From contig CATNEN010000002.1 in assembly GCA_950097015.1 (NCBI GenBank), positions 6,324,001-6,388,000 on the forward strand: a DNA stretch of 64,000 nt, given 5' to 3'. Position 1 is the first letter of the stretch. Every line of letters begins with the position of its first letter. Shown in pieces: positions 33,666-45,424 of the stretch. The notes beneath the pieces were generated by a model, which worked only from the letters and a program-made list of their open reading frames with translations, did no database searches and was not told where the DNA came from. Position numbers and translations under genes: made by a program. This DNA comes from Macrostomum hystrix. Its lineage: Eukaryota; Animalia; Platyhelminthes.

Positions 33666-34879
33666 GAAGGAAAGGAGAATATTTCCGAGGAAAGGAAGGA
33701 GTCTTATCGTTAACCCGACTCCTTAGGGTATAGAAGAGATTTTTGGCTTGAGGTCTAACAACAAATAAAATTGAGATACATGTGCGAAAAAGAGCTTTTC
33801 TATTCTTTTGGTTTTGAGATCTTTCTAAGAAAAATGTGTAATAAGAAACAATTAAGAATTCATGCTTTTTATTTCTTTAAAAATGTTTATAATGAGAAGA
33901 ATGCTCTAATAAGTAAAGCATTTAAGGCCAATTTTGATTATTCATTTGGCTATCGCAGTAAAATACGCATTTTTAGGATGTAAAAAATCTGCAAAATTAC
34001 ATAAAGGAAAACTTTTAGTGAACACGAAAAAAGACAATAAAAGGCATTAGTAGATCTCATCACTTGGCAATTATAATGGTCAAACCGTACTTCTTGGAGC
34101 TAGTGCAGCAGGGATTAGAGATTTGTCTTTTAACTATGTCGTGCATTTAGATTAAAAATCTGATACCTTAGTTCCCGCAATGCTCCCAGAAACTCGAGAA
34201 AACGCGAATTACAAGTAAGAACAGCGCATTACGTCAGTTGCTATTTTTAGAACAGAGGCAGTCACGTGGCTTAAAGTGTGTAATAAGCCAGTTGTGGAAC
34301 TTACAAAAGCTCTAACTTTAGTTTAAGAGCTATCAATAATAAATAAAAACAGCAAGAATCTTCGATAAAAATTAAATATAACAATAGTAATTACACACAA
34401 TGATAATTATATCTAAGACTGTAGCCAAAACACGAGTATAATCTAATATTTATTTGTTTTGATTCCAATTGTCAATATTATTCATTTAATTAAGACACAT
34501 GCAAATCATAAATTACCAAACTATGTATCAATGCAAGGTTGATGTAAAAAACTTAAAAGATTAAACAGGAATGTTTTCCCGCATATTAATATTTGATCTA
34601 CCAGGATTCGAAACTATTGTAAAACAATAAGCTATTATCATTCTACGCCAAAAATTCATGATGACTAAATAACACAACAATATAAAATTATATTTAACAT
34701 AATAACAGTTTTTCTTATAATCTATTTTTAACAATTTAACTTAGGTAAACTAATGTGACTGATAGAAACTTGTGAAGAGAGATAAAACAATCAATCAATC
34801 AATCAAACAATCAATCAAACAAACAATCAAACAATCAAAACAAACCAATCAATCTTGCTGACGATGTCTTGGTCTAACC

Positions 34880-35349
34880 CAGGGTTCCGCAAACTAATTA
34901 GCTGGCGGGCCAAAGAGAATATAAAAAACGACAGCGGGCCGCTTTGACTATAGAAATATGATAGAAGGGAGAGATAAGACACAGGAGAGATGGGACACGG
35001 GTGAGATGAGACACGGGAGAGATGACACACGGGAGAGATGACACACGGAGAGATGACACACGGCAGAGATGACACACGGCAGAGATGACACACGGCAGAG
35101 ATGACACACGGGAGAGATGTCACACGGAGAGATGACACACGGGAGAGATGAGACACGGGAGAGTTGAGACACTGGAGAGATGAGACATGAGAGAGATGAG
35201 ACACAGAAGAGTTGAGACAGAGATAACGCGAGAGACGAGACGCGGGAGAGATGATACAGGATACTATAGGTGTTGGAAGGGGCAACGGGCCGGATTTGGG
35301 AGCTTCGGGGGCCGCATCTGGCCCGCGGGCCGGAGTTTGCCGACCCCTG
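34880..35349. mobile_element. hAT-family MITE, 470 bp, containing an internal 16-17 bp minisatellite
   Basis: TIRs CAGGGTTCCGCAAAC and GTTTGCCGACCCCTG (2 mismatches). Perfect 8-bp duplication GTCTAACC at 34872-34879 and 35350-35357. Confidence 0.9.
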
Positions 35350-36181
35350 GTCTAACCCATTGGAAAGATAAGTGCTTTAATGCAAATGCACATCATAACA
35401 CTTTTTTGGTGGCAGCGGTGGGATTCGAAAAACAGAAGTAACAAAGGATGGCAACATAAAAGTAAAATGAAATATGAATATGAAAAACTCAGCCTGTAGG
35501 ACTCAACACAGCAGACAAAAAATGCAAGATGTGGGATGAAGAATTATATATTTTTAAAATACGTTATTGGTGTACCAATATGAAATAATATGAAATGCGA
35601 CGCAAAAAAATAAGAAAAAATATAATAATTCAAGAGAATACTCAATGTCAAGTAGTTTTGCTCTTATTAATCTTCTTAGATTTCTTAGAAATCTTGCTTT
35701 TACATAGTGACCTAAATATGACAGGAACTTTAAACACTTGTACTTCTCGTGTCGAAATCAAGTCTCAGTGATGAATTAAATTAAATTGCGTATTCAAAAC
35801 CATGGATCACTTATAATTCAGAATATGTGTTGTACTCGTAGGAAAAGTAACAATCCACAGATAGCTAGGAAAAAACACCCATTTAGGCCAAATATACAGC
35901 TAGTGGAACAACTGAAGACTGCGCACTTCAGTCCATGGACTGCCATGCCCTACCAAATTTCTACCGCAGCTGATGTCCGTAGACAATTTAACTGATTACT
36001 AAACCGAAGCACTTTTTTAAGTGAATTGAAACACCAGGGATTTGAGTCGCTTGCACCAAAGCACCTACTTAAAACAATTTTTACTTGTTTTTTATAAACG
36101 TTTCCTTGTAAACGATAAATCTTACAAAAGTAAAAAAGCTTACAGTAAAAAATACTTCCTGAAAAGGAGTCAAGATGGACA

Positions 36182-39100
36182 TTACTCTAAGCACACCATT
36201 TCACTATCCATTGTGGAATCCTCAGGGTCCAACAAATCGTAGTGCTGGGCATGCCTATCAAACAGCAGGCGCACTGTAGGTCTGTTGACATAGGGCTGTT
36301 CTTTGATGATTGTCCGACGGACGCCATCCTCAACCTGCCAGACTTCAAAGTTGATACCAAGGATTTTATGCAGCAGCTGCACGACGGCGCTGCGCACGTA
36401 GATTCCAGACGTGCGTGTATCCTTCACCAACTTGATCATGTCATCATCAGAAAAATCCAGTTTAGCTTTCAGATGAGGCTCCTCATGAAACAGATGCTCT
36501 ATTTTCTCGGAGATTTCAAATCGAACACGCTCCTGGGCGTCCAAGGATAACTGACCGCCGACCAGTCGGTGCGCGACAGCATGGAAGAAGCAGTTACCAT
36601 CAGCAGGCATCTTGATGACATCCGGAGGCTGACTGCAAGATTACAAAATTGTTTTATAGGTAGCAAGGCAGTATTTAACAATCACACTTCTCATTGGTTT
36701 TTGCTAGCTTTCTCGAGAAAATTAATGAAAAATATTATTTCGACGAATATTGACCAGCAGCTAATCATAAGACCATTCCGCCCACTACCAAAACACCGAA
36801 GTACATCGGCATCGGCAGACAATGCGACACCACAGAAGAACTATTTGAAGATAAAGAAACTCAGAATTAGCTATTACCACAACGCTAGCCTTGTGCGCAC
36901 ATTTTAAGCCTTACGTGTGTAAAAGAAATTATTCGCCGAATGTTAAAGGGGTTAATGGCAGAGCACTCAAGGCTTTCCTGAGCTCGATTCCACGGCAAAA
37001 GCACGAGCTGTCTCCTCCCTGGCTGTGGGTCTTGTAACACACTAAATGTGGGGAACGAACTTCGCGCTGGCAGACCGTGACCGGTTTCTGGCTTGTTTGC
37101 CTTCGTCAGTCAGCCATAGCCACACGCAGTCCTCTCCCACAACTCTTAGTGTGCACAGAAGTCTCTTTTAACATTGCCATTTTTATGGCGATCGAGGCTT
37201 AGAAACTCGAAGGCTTACACACAGTGCTGATTGGCTGGTAGAATTGGCCGCTTACGGCTGGACGCAGCGCAATTAGCCGGAGTTGACAATCCACTTCCGA
37301 TTGTCCTGGCGTGAACAGAAATAGGCAGCCAATGAGCACTCACATTAAAGAGAAATGCATAGCAACAAATCAGACTCATGTTTATTGTCTCAATTCTAGA
37401 TTCTGTCGTGTAAAACAGGGCCTTAGCTATATAGAGCTAGCATGAGTAGCTTTTTTGCCGTGGGGGAAAATGTTTTCCAATAAAAAAGCTAAATCTTACC
37501 ATTCTGAACTGAAAAATTGCAAAGCTTGTCGCAAATCTGGGATGGCGCCCGGGCCGAATCGACAAAGTCGCTTCGGTTTGCTACTCTTTGATGCGGGTGC
37601 TCGAAGAAAAATGGCGACACTTTTTGGAGTTTTTTGGGGTTCACAACTTTTCGCGACAGACCTAAAATGTTAAAACGAAGATTGTTAGCTGATCTGGGAA
37701 ATACTACAAATGAAGTTAATCTACATATAGTATTCACAATAATTCGTGTGAACAACACTAACTTGATGGCAGCAGTGACTGTGACAAAGCCATAGGTTGA
37801 ATTTTTCTTTAAAAGTCCCCACAGAATGCCAACATCAGCTGTGCCGTTGGGCAAAAAGCAGAAATGCAGATTATGTTTGGCCTCTAGGTCCGGCACAGAA
37901 TCGGAAATCATCTTGTAGCAATCGCAAAATCGCAATAATTCAGCGAGCCGCTTAAAACACGACTTAGAATTGAAATAGGCCAGCATCAGCAGAACAATAC
38001 AGAAGCGATGCAAGTAGCCGTAGTGCTTTTCTGAGTCCTGGAAAACTAAAAAATGTTTAGATGGTTACGTAATGAATGCTATAATACTACCGATCAGCAT
38101 CGCTAAACACTCACTGGCGTCAGTTATTCTACGAATGTCTTCGACAGCTTTCTTATGCCATTCTTCAGGCCCCAAGACTCGACTGCAGGTCGACTGTGCC
38201 AAATAGATCCTCCTCTGGTTTCCCCTCACAGACACTGGCTTGACCGGGGCGCTAAACGGCAACTGGTCCTCAGTGGAAATCGTTGGCATGTCTGGCGCAG
38301 GCTCCATTTCCTTAAAAACGATATCCAAGATTAAGCAGTGGTATTGCCCTCGCTGTCCCGCATTCCAGATTATGTACGTTAACAACTAGTTGTACATTAT
38401 TACATTCAAACATCAGGGCTTTAGATAGAGATAGAGAAATGGGGTTGAATACTCTAATCAAAAGTAATCTCAGTCTTGATTGGGTATTTAAGGGAAAGCG
38501 AACGAATATTTTGTGCAACATCTCAAACTCTCTGTTGCTGGAGGACAGATGCAGGTAGAGAAACCAAATCCAGTGAAAAGAGTTGTGCTAAGTAATAAGG
38601 AAATTCACGAGATTGAGCTGCAGTTTGAGACGGAAGATGGTGTTGGCGTTGAGTTCAACGGTGAAGAGTTTGTATTGACGTTGATCATTGAGAGAATGTG
38701 AGCTGCTTAATGATTTCTGCAAAGTTATAGTAGCTGTCATAGTCCTTTACGTAGGTTACTCCATACTTATGAAACCAGTGTCTTTGGAGAGCTTGATTAA
38801 TATTAGGGACGTTGATATCAACACCGGGCCAATATTTTCTCATGTACTCGCTGCATTCTTGTTTCCATCTGTACTTACTCTTGTAATTAGGCTCATGCCT
38901 TGTGTAATAAGAACCTGGAGAGACGATTGGAAACATTTTTAATGAGAATAAAATTTTTTTCGGAGGATGAGCACCCTGGGTTTGGGATCTTTAGTTTGGG
39001 GATTGGGAATCTGGGAGTTAGTTTTATGGATTTGGAACACTTTTTGTAGGTTCACTATTTTGGGCATGATCTCTTCGGGAATTGTTTGTGCATTATGGAG

Positions 39101-39776
39101 GATGCAACAATTTTTTGTCTAAGATATGCAACTCACAAAGTGGAAAGTAGAGAATTTAAAATAAAAAGACAGATTTTTTGCGGGGACTCTTTTTTTCCTC
39201 CGGGAAGAATAAAGGTAATGGTTTGTGCATTATGGAGGCTGCGATAATTTTTGTCCCAGAAAGCCTGTCTTGCCTACTACTCTCCTGAATAGTTCTTTTT
39301 AGTTACTGACTTGAGAAACAATTAATAATAACAGAAAGCACCAGCTTACAGTCGGGTAGGATTCCGGCAAATTAATTTCACAGTGGGCTAGATTGGGATC
39401 AGCCTGACAGTCGCGGGGGTCGTCACGTAACAAGAGCCGAGTTAAATGGTAGTTCACTTCATTGACAGGAGACGCAATGGGAACTTCATCTGAACATTCT
39501 ATCATAGGAATACTTGAACGGCTCAAGCTGTCTGTTGCCTGCTGAGAAATATCAGGAGACTGAAACAGGTAGGATAATTTCAAATAGAAATCAAACATCA
39601 AAAAGCTGTCGAAATTAGAAAAATACTAATCAATGACGCACCTGTTCCTGATAGTAGCCATTGTAAGCGATAACATCTCTAGCTGCTTGCAGCTCGTCTT
39701 GGCCAAGAGATTGACAAATGAAGCTCATATCTTTCTCCAGCAGAATTGGAGAAGGCGTCCTACTCGAACTCTTCAT
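36182..39776 (-). CDS. OTU-domain cysteine protease (putative deubiquitinase), 473-aa model, 6 exons, unrecognised N-terminal region
   Basis: Exons 39776-39642, 39559-39350, 38310-38115, 38030-37763, 37661-37500 and 36632-36182 join through GT-AG introns with matching phases (0,0,1,2,2) and no stops. The last exon has MPADGNCFF and HYDL. The OTU exon is secure; the upstream exons are inferred. Confidence 0.7.
38439..38701 (+). pseudogene. Fragment resembling the C-terminus of a Polinton/adintovirus minor capsid (penton) protein, with one frameshift near 38512
   Basis: Joined reading LIKSNLSLDWVFKGKRTNI/VQHLKLSVAGGQMQVEKPNPVKRVVLSNKEIHEIELQFETEDGVGVEFNGEEFVLTLIIERM* fits a recalled penton pattern (N..G..V..G..E.P..I..I.I..G..F.GE..L). 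Not verified by search. Confidence 0.6.
38685..38936 (-). CDS. Hypothetical 83-aa ORF convergent with and overlapping the penton-like fragment
   Basis: ATG-initiated, aromatic-rich, intronless; its stop overlaps the penton-like stop by 17 bp. No recognised homology. Confidence 0.3.
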   Translation of the reverse strand: MFPIVSPGSYYTRHEPNYKSKYRWKQECSEYMRKYWPGVDINVPNINQALQRHWFHKYGVTYVKDYDSYYNFAEIIKQLTFSQ

Positions 39777-39864
39777 TTTTAAAACTGGAAGGATAAAATA
39801 AAAAAGCGAAGCCTATATTACACAAATTTGGTGTGCTCGGTCAGCTTTAGTCCACTTATTTAAC

Positions 39865-40221
39865 GATAATGATAATAATTACAGGAGGGCTGTAGGCAAT
39901 GGCACATTATTTGGTGACAATAGATCCACAGCCTTCGAGAAGGCAATTCTGCCCATTTTGCTGACTCCTGAGCACACACACTCAGATACTGTACACAGGC
40001 ACACGCTCACACAGGTGTGTACACCTGCCCTGACTTTCTCATGGTCAGGCAGTGTACATTTCACTGTGCCTTAGAGGTTGGCCCTCAAGGGCATGAATTG
40101 CACAACAATCCCCCAAAGCTCTCTATTGCTGCACCCCAAATAAATGTAGCCTTGCTGCTGAATCAAACTTAGAGACATTGGTGCAAGAGGCAAATGGGTT
40201 AGCTGCTCTGCAACTGACCCC
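39865..40221 (-). mobile_element. tRNA-derived SINE, copy 2 (more diverged)
   Basis: Shares AGGCAATTCTGCCCATTT..GCTGACTCCTGAGCACAC..GAGGTTGGCCCTCAA..TAAATGT..GGTGC..GAGGCAAATG with 13400-13650. Confidence 0.75.
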
Positions 40222-41115
40222 TTTTACTTGATAAATAGCTAATGTGCCAAAGAATAAGACTCTAATTGTATTGTACTTGCTTGTAACTAGTTTGTAGTTA
40301 CAGACATGCTAAGTGCATATTTCATGTAGCAAACTCTAGTTTCTAGTAGCCATTGTCCTGGCTTTAAAAGATTAGGGTAAAATTGTCAAGTATAGAAACA
40401 TTGTTATGTTCTGCTTAAAGAAAAGTTTGACTTAAAAGTAAAAGTGAATTTGTATATGGACTAAAAACTGTTATTTTGAAATGAAATATAGTATTTGACC
40501 ATTGAATTTAAGTAAGAATAGCTAAGCATAGCTTTTATAGTAACTAAATTTACAGAATGCTAATTATGCCAATTTTTTTATAAACTTATAGCAGGACAAA
40601 ATAAAAAACCATGCCATGTAAGAAATCACCCAGCGTTATGATACTTGTATCAGATCAGAAAATTTTTATATGCATTTTTTTTTCACAGTCTGTTAATCAT
40701 CAGGAATCAAGATAGTGAGTTGAAAAGACGACAAGATCACCTCTATAAACCATAGGCCTAATGCCTATTGTAATATAAGAACCATTTTTGCATTTTTGGT
40801 CTCCATGGCATAACATAATAGCAACTTATTGCTAGTGGTCTAGCAGACAAGATATAGATTCTGAGCACTATGTCAATGTTCGGTATAATATAATTTAGAT
40901 AGCTAGTAGCCTAGCCAAGACTGCATCTATTATAATAGTAGGGCCTATATTATTATCAACTATTATTATCTATAGTCTAAGGTTATAAATAATAGTCTAA
41001 GGCTAGGGGCCTATACTATAATATATTATTATTTTTATTTATATTAAGTATACTCTAGGGTATGGTAGCTAGATTATAAATAGGCCTAAACTAATTAGCC
41101 CAAATACTCATACTG

Positions 41116-41583
41116 GTCAAGGGTATTTTAAATTACAACTTAGACTAGGCTGGATGGGACTAGGCCTATGACTAGGGCCTGATAGGCCTACAGACTCTAC
41201 TGAGTATAAAACAAATAATGAAGCCTAATAAAGCAAAATAAAGATTGATTAAGAAATAGACTATGACAAAATAGTTAGGTCATACACGATCGCTTTTCAA
41301 AGGGAAGCCTAGTTACAATAGTGCTGTAGATAAACCTTTCCTGCCTAGTCAAGGGTATTTTAAATTACAACTTAAACTAGGCTGGATTGGACTAGGCCTA
41401 TGACTAGGGCTTGATAGGCCTACAGACTCTACTGAGTATAAAACAAAAAATGAAGCCTAATAATGCAAAATAAAGATTGATTAAGAAATAGACTATGACA
41501 AAATAGTTAGGTCATACACGATCGCTTTTCGAAGGGAAGCCTACTAGTTACAATAGTGCTGTAGATAAACCTTTCCTGCCTAG
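41116..41583. repeat. Tandem duplication of a 232-bp AT-rich segment (2 copies)
   Basis: GTCAAGGGTATTTTAAATTACAAC...CCTTTCCTGCCTAG starts at 41116 and 41348; the second copy has a small insertion. Confidence 0.9.
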
Positions 41584-43834
41584 CTTTATCTACACGACGG
41601 CTTTTTTCTCACTTAAGCTTCGCCCAGAGAGCTTTACCAGATAGTTTGCATTCGAAACTCGAAGTTAAGTCTTGCTGTTTCAAAAAACGAAAGAAGCAAT
41701 CTGCAAAAAAATCTGAAATTCACAGCATGCCTCCGATGCAAAAGTCAACGCACGAGCACCGGTGACCTGTCTCTGAGGGCAATTAGATAGAAAATTTCCA
41801 AGGGAGAAGCTTGCTGCTGGCAAAGCTCATGCGAAAAATACTCTACTAGCTAAGCTCGATAAAAAGAACGGATTGCGCAGTCGAATTGTTGTCGATAAGC
41901 AAAATCAAATTATGATTTTTTAATCCAACGTCCGAAGTGCCGGCTTGTGATGGTTATATTCACCATAGCCTAGCCAGTGCTAATTCAATATAGAACTAAA
42001 AAATTAGGCTAAAGTTAATATTTGTACTTTGTTATCAGAGTTTTTCAGTATAATTTTTTAGTTTTGGTTTTACTATTAAAGCTTATTGTCGTTGCCTTAA
42101 TTGATTTTGTTATTGTGTCTAGGATTTACTATTCGAATAATTTTTTTTTTCGGGTTTGGTTGCGTGGGTTAAGTAAGTTAAATTGGGTCTTCTTCTTTCT
42201 AATACGCGCCGCCGGTAATAATGTAGTAATAAAGTAATAATTATTACTTTATGAATGATGATGATAGGCCTAATGGCAACGATAAGGGTATCATAAAGTT
42301 GTTAGGGTGACATTTTCAAAGTTCGTTCTCGGTGCTTCGCTTTTTAGGGACAGGCCGGGCACAATATAAAATTATAAATGAAATATTTTTTGCTTGTCAC
42401 TTTAAGTCTGTTACTATATGTTGATGTGTTAAATATTACTGTACGAGATGTGTTTTTATTGATTTAAATGAATCCTACGATTACACCTAAAATCACACTA
42501 GTTGTAGGCTATAGCCCATTCCCTTTTACCTATACTAAACTGCGGTGGATAGGTAGGCCCCTAACTTACTGTAAGTTTTTAACACAAACAATTATTATGG
42601 ATATATAATATAGGCCTTATTATACATTTTATATATGTTCTTTTTATTACGCTCATTTCTTTAGTTACTCTTTCTATTCTTACTCTTCTACCAGTGCTAG
42701 CACTCCCTACCAGTCCCTTTCTAGTTGTAGACTTTGTTAGCTATAAGCTAGATGGAAAAGTAGTGAGCGAACTCAAATGGTTAAGTTAGTAAGGGCAGCT
42801 GTCGATTACGCCACACAACAGGCTATATTTTGCCCAATTGAGCAATAGAGAAATTGTGCTTGAACATGAGAGATAAAAGGTAGGTTTTGATTAGCGCGGG
42901 TAGCTGCAACACTTAAATAAGCTGGTATAGGTTTCTGGAAACTTCTGGAAGAACAGTCCAGACAAAAAGCCCATTCTATGTGCAAAAGGCTCATAGAATG
43001 TTCTAGAAGGGGAGTGGGGGTGCGCACAAATGGGAGACACAGAGTGTGAGCTATTTTTAGAAACAAGTGCAAGCTAGGCCAAAAGAAAGCTTAGGGCAGA
43101 ATGAAAAGTATGCAGTGAACAGTGTGGGAACTTTATGGAGGTTTGCATAAACCCGACACTAGTAAAATATCACTGAAACATGATAAGTCAAGACAAAAAT
43201 TATTTTAGTGCAATTAAATCACTTATTATTTAATTCTTTGCAATATATTTACTTCCACAACAATTATTTCCACTATTGAGCAATATGAAATACTATCCTC
43301 ACAACAATAACTTTCCTTTAATTACAATGAAGTTTCTTCTAATATATTAGTTATCAACTAATAACTTATAGGCCTAGTTATTAATATCATTTTGCTTCAA
43401 GAACTCAGATCTAAAAAAGTGAAATTTCTGTTATGATAGTTGTAAATTTTGTGAACTTACTTTTTATCATTTTACAGTATTATTTATGGCTTTTGATTCC
43501 ACCCAGCTCTAAAGCACACCCAGTAAAAATGCTACACTTTCCTTCTCAACAGCATATTGTGTTGTAAATGTTTTATTGTGCCACTTATGATTTAATTGAT
43601 CCATTGGTCCAAGTAATTTTGTGAAAAAAGAAAAATATTTATCTCACCTGAATGTTTTAGTCAGCAAGCCAAATAAATGTTTAGATATACATTTGGCATT
43701 GCAATATTTGTATGTATATATATTTATTTTGCCCAAAAGAGTATTGCAGCAAACACACAGACCTGCTAAGTTTGTGTGTATAATACATTCCTGACATTGC
43801 CTATTATTGTATTTTAGCAAGCAAGCATCCAGTC

Positions 43835-45231
43835 ATGAGTATGAGACCAATGCTTAGCTTTGATTGGCGTCTGTTCTTAGTTCAATCGGACATGCAGTCT
43901 GATGCTAGCTTGAAGCGCTACCTGTGTGCCAGGTGTGCCAGGTTGTTTGATTGTGCACCCTGCCAGACACTATGTGGCCGGCGAATTTGTCAGGCCTGCT
44001 GCCGACATCACCGCCGATTGGCTGCAACAGTCACTATGTGGCGTGACAAGGCTCTATGGCGAGATATGCACAACACGCTTCGAATTCGCTGTCCAGGCAG
44101 CGGTTGCAGTGCCGTTTATCGACTGGCCGATATCGACAGGTAGATCTGCTTCTTTTGTGTGGTAGAGATGTGGTATCGTCTGGTAGAGATAGGGGGCTAG
44201 AATTACTTGACTTATACTCTGAGCGGGGGTGGACGACTAGATGGAAGATTAGAGCTCTATAAGGAATAATGAAAGGACTCATGGTGAGGAAAAGAAGACT
44301 GAGAAATCCTATAATAATCACGGGGGTTAGGGTTAGGGTTAGGGATTATTATAGGATTCAGAGGGAGAATTACATGACTCAATAGAAGGATCAGAGGCCT
44401 CAGAGAAATGATAAGAGGATTTAGAGGTATAACCATGACTAATCGGGAGTATTAGAGGACTCAATGGGATGATAAAAGGATCGATGGGAGGATCAAAGAG
44501 AGGACTCATTGGGAGAATTAGAGGACTCAATGAAAGGACTAGAAGACTCAATGAAAGGACTAGAAGACTCAATGAAAGGACTAGAGGACTCAATGAAAGG
44601 ATTAGAGAACTGAATGGGATGATTAGAAGACTCAATGAAAGGATTAGAGGACTCAATGAAAGGATTAGAGGACTCAATGAAAGGATTAGAGGACTCAATG
44701 AAATGATTAGAGGACTCAATAGGAGGATCAGAGGACTCAATGAAATGATTAGAGGACTCAATGAAATGATTAGAGGACTCAATGAAATGATTAGAGGACT
44801 CAATAGGAGGATCAGAGGACTCAATGAAATGATTAGAGGACTCAATGAAATGATTAGAGGACTCAATATGAGGATCAGAGGACTCAATGAAATGATTAGA
44901 GGACTCAATAGGAGGATCAGAGGACTCAATGAAATGATTAGAGGACTCAATGGGAGGATTAAAAGAGGTAAGAAGCAGTCGAGGATGATTAAAAGTAGTT
45001 TTATTACCTCATGAACACACAATTTAAAGAAGACGAACTGAATTTTCGAGGCGCGGCGGCTTGGTCGTCTGTCCTGCGTGTCGCTATCGGCTGCGCATTA
45101 GCAGTGCTGATGACGTCGTCACCGAGCTGAGCAGCCTCCTGCGAGCCAGTCTGAGCATGTGCGATGTGGTGGACAGCTTCAAACAGCTAATGGCTGCATT
45201 TGATGATTCGCCAATGCAGTTAAACGAATAA
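43835..45231 (+). CDS. Short TRAF-like protein with degenerate RING and zinc-finger remnants (possibly a pseudogene)
   Basis: Exon 43835-44139 encodes YLCARC...PCQTLCGRRICQAC...RDKALWRDMHNTLRIRCPGSGC, the TRAF N-terminal pattern. A phase-compatible second exon at 45051-45231 (LVVCPAC...) is tentative. No MATH domain found. Confidence 0.55.
44327..44344 (+). repeat. Interstitial telomeric repeat (TTAGGG)3
   Basis: Three perfect copies read directly. Confidence 0.85.
44345..44960. repeat. 21-bp minisatellite (GATTAGAGGACTCAATGAAAT), degenerate on the left
   Basis: Read directly; inside the TRAF-like intron. Confidence 0.92.
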
Positions 45232-45424
45232 CACAACCTGAAGCTGCATCTATGCTCGTTTTCTTCGGGTCGTATATTGCAAGATAAAATACCATCATAG
45301 ACTTTATAGGGGCTTTCTCATCCATTTTTATCCAGGCCAAAGCTTTGCCATTTTTAGGAAATGCCAAATCAAAGGCAAAGACCTTTTCAGCATATCGCAG
45401 AATCTCTACTTGCTGTAGTACTCA

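Noticed and set aside
45238-45412. Exon-like minus-strand segment (QVEILRYAEKVFAFDLAFPKNGKALAWIKMDE...) with AG/GT ends
   Set aside because: No partner exons or homology recognised, and it abuts the tentative TRAF-like exon on the other strand.
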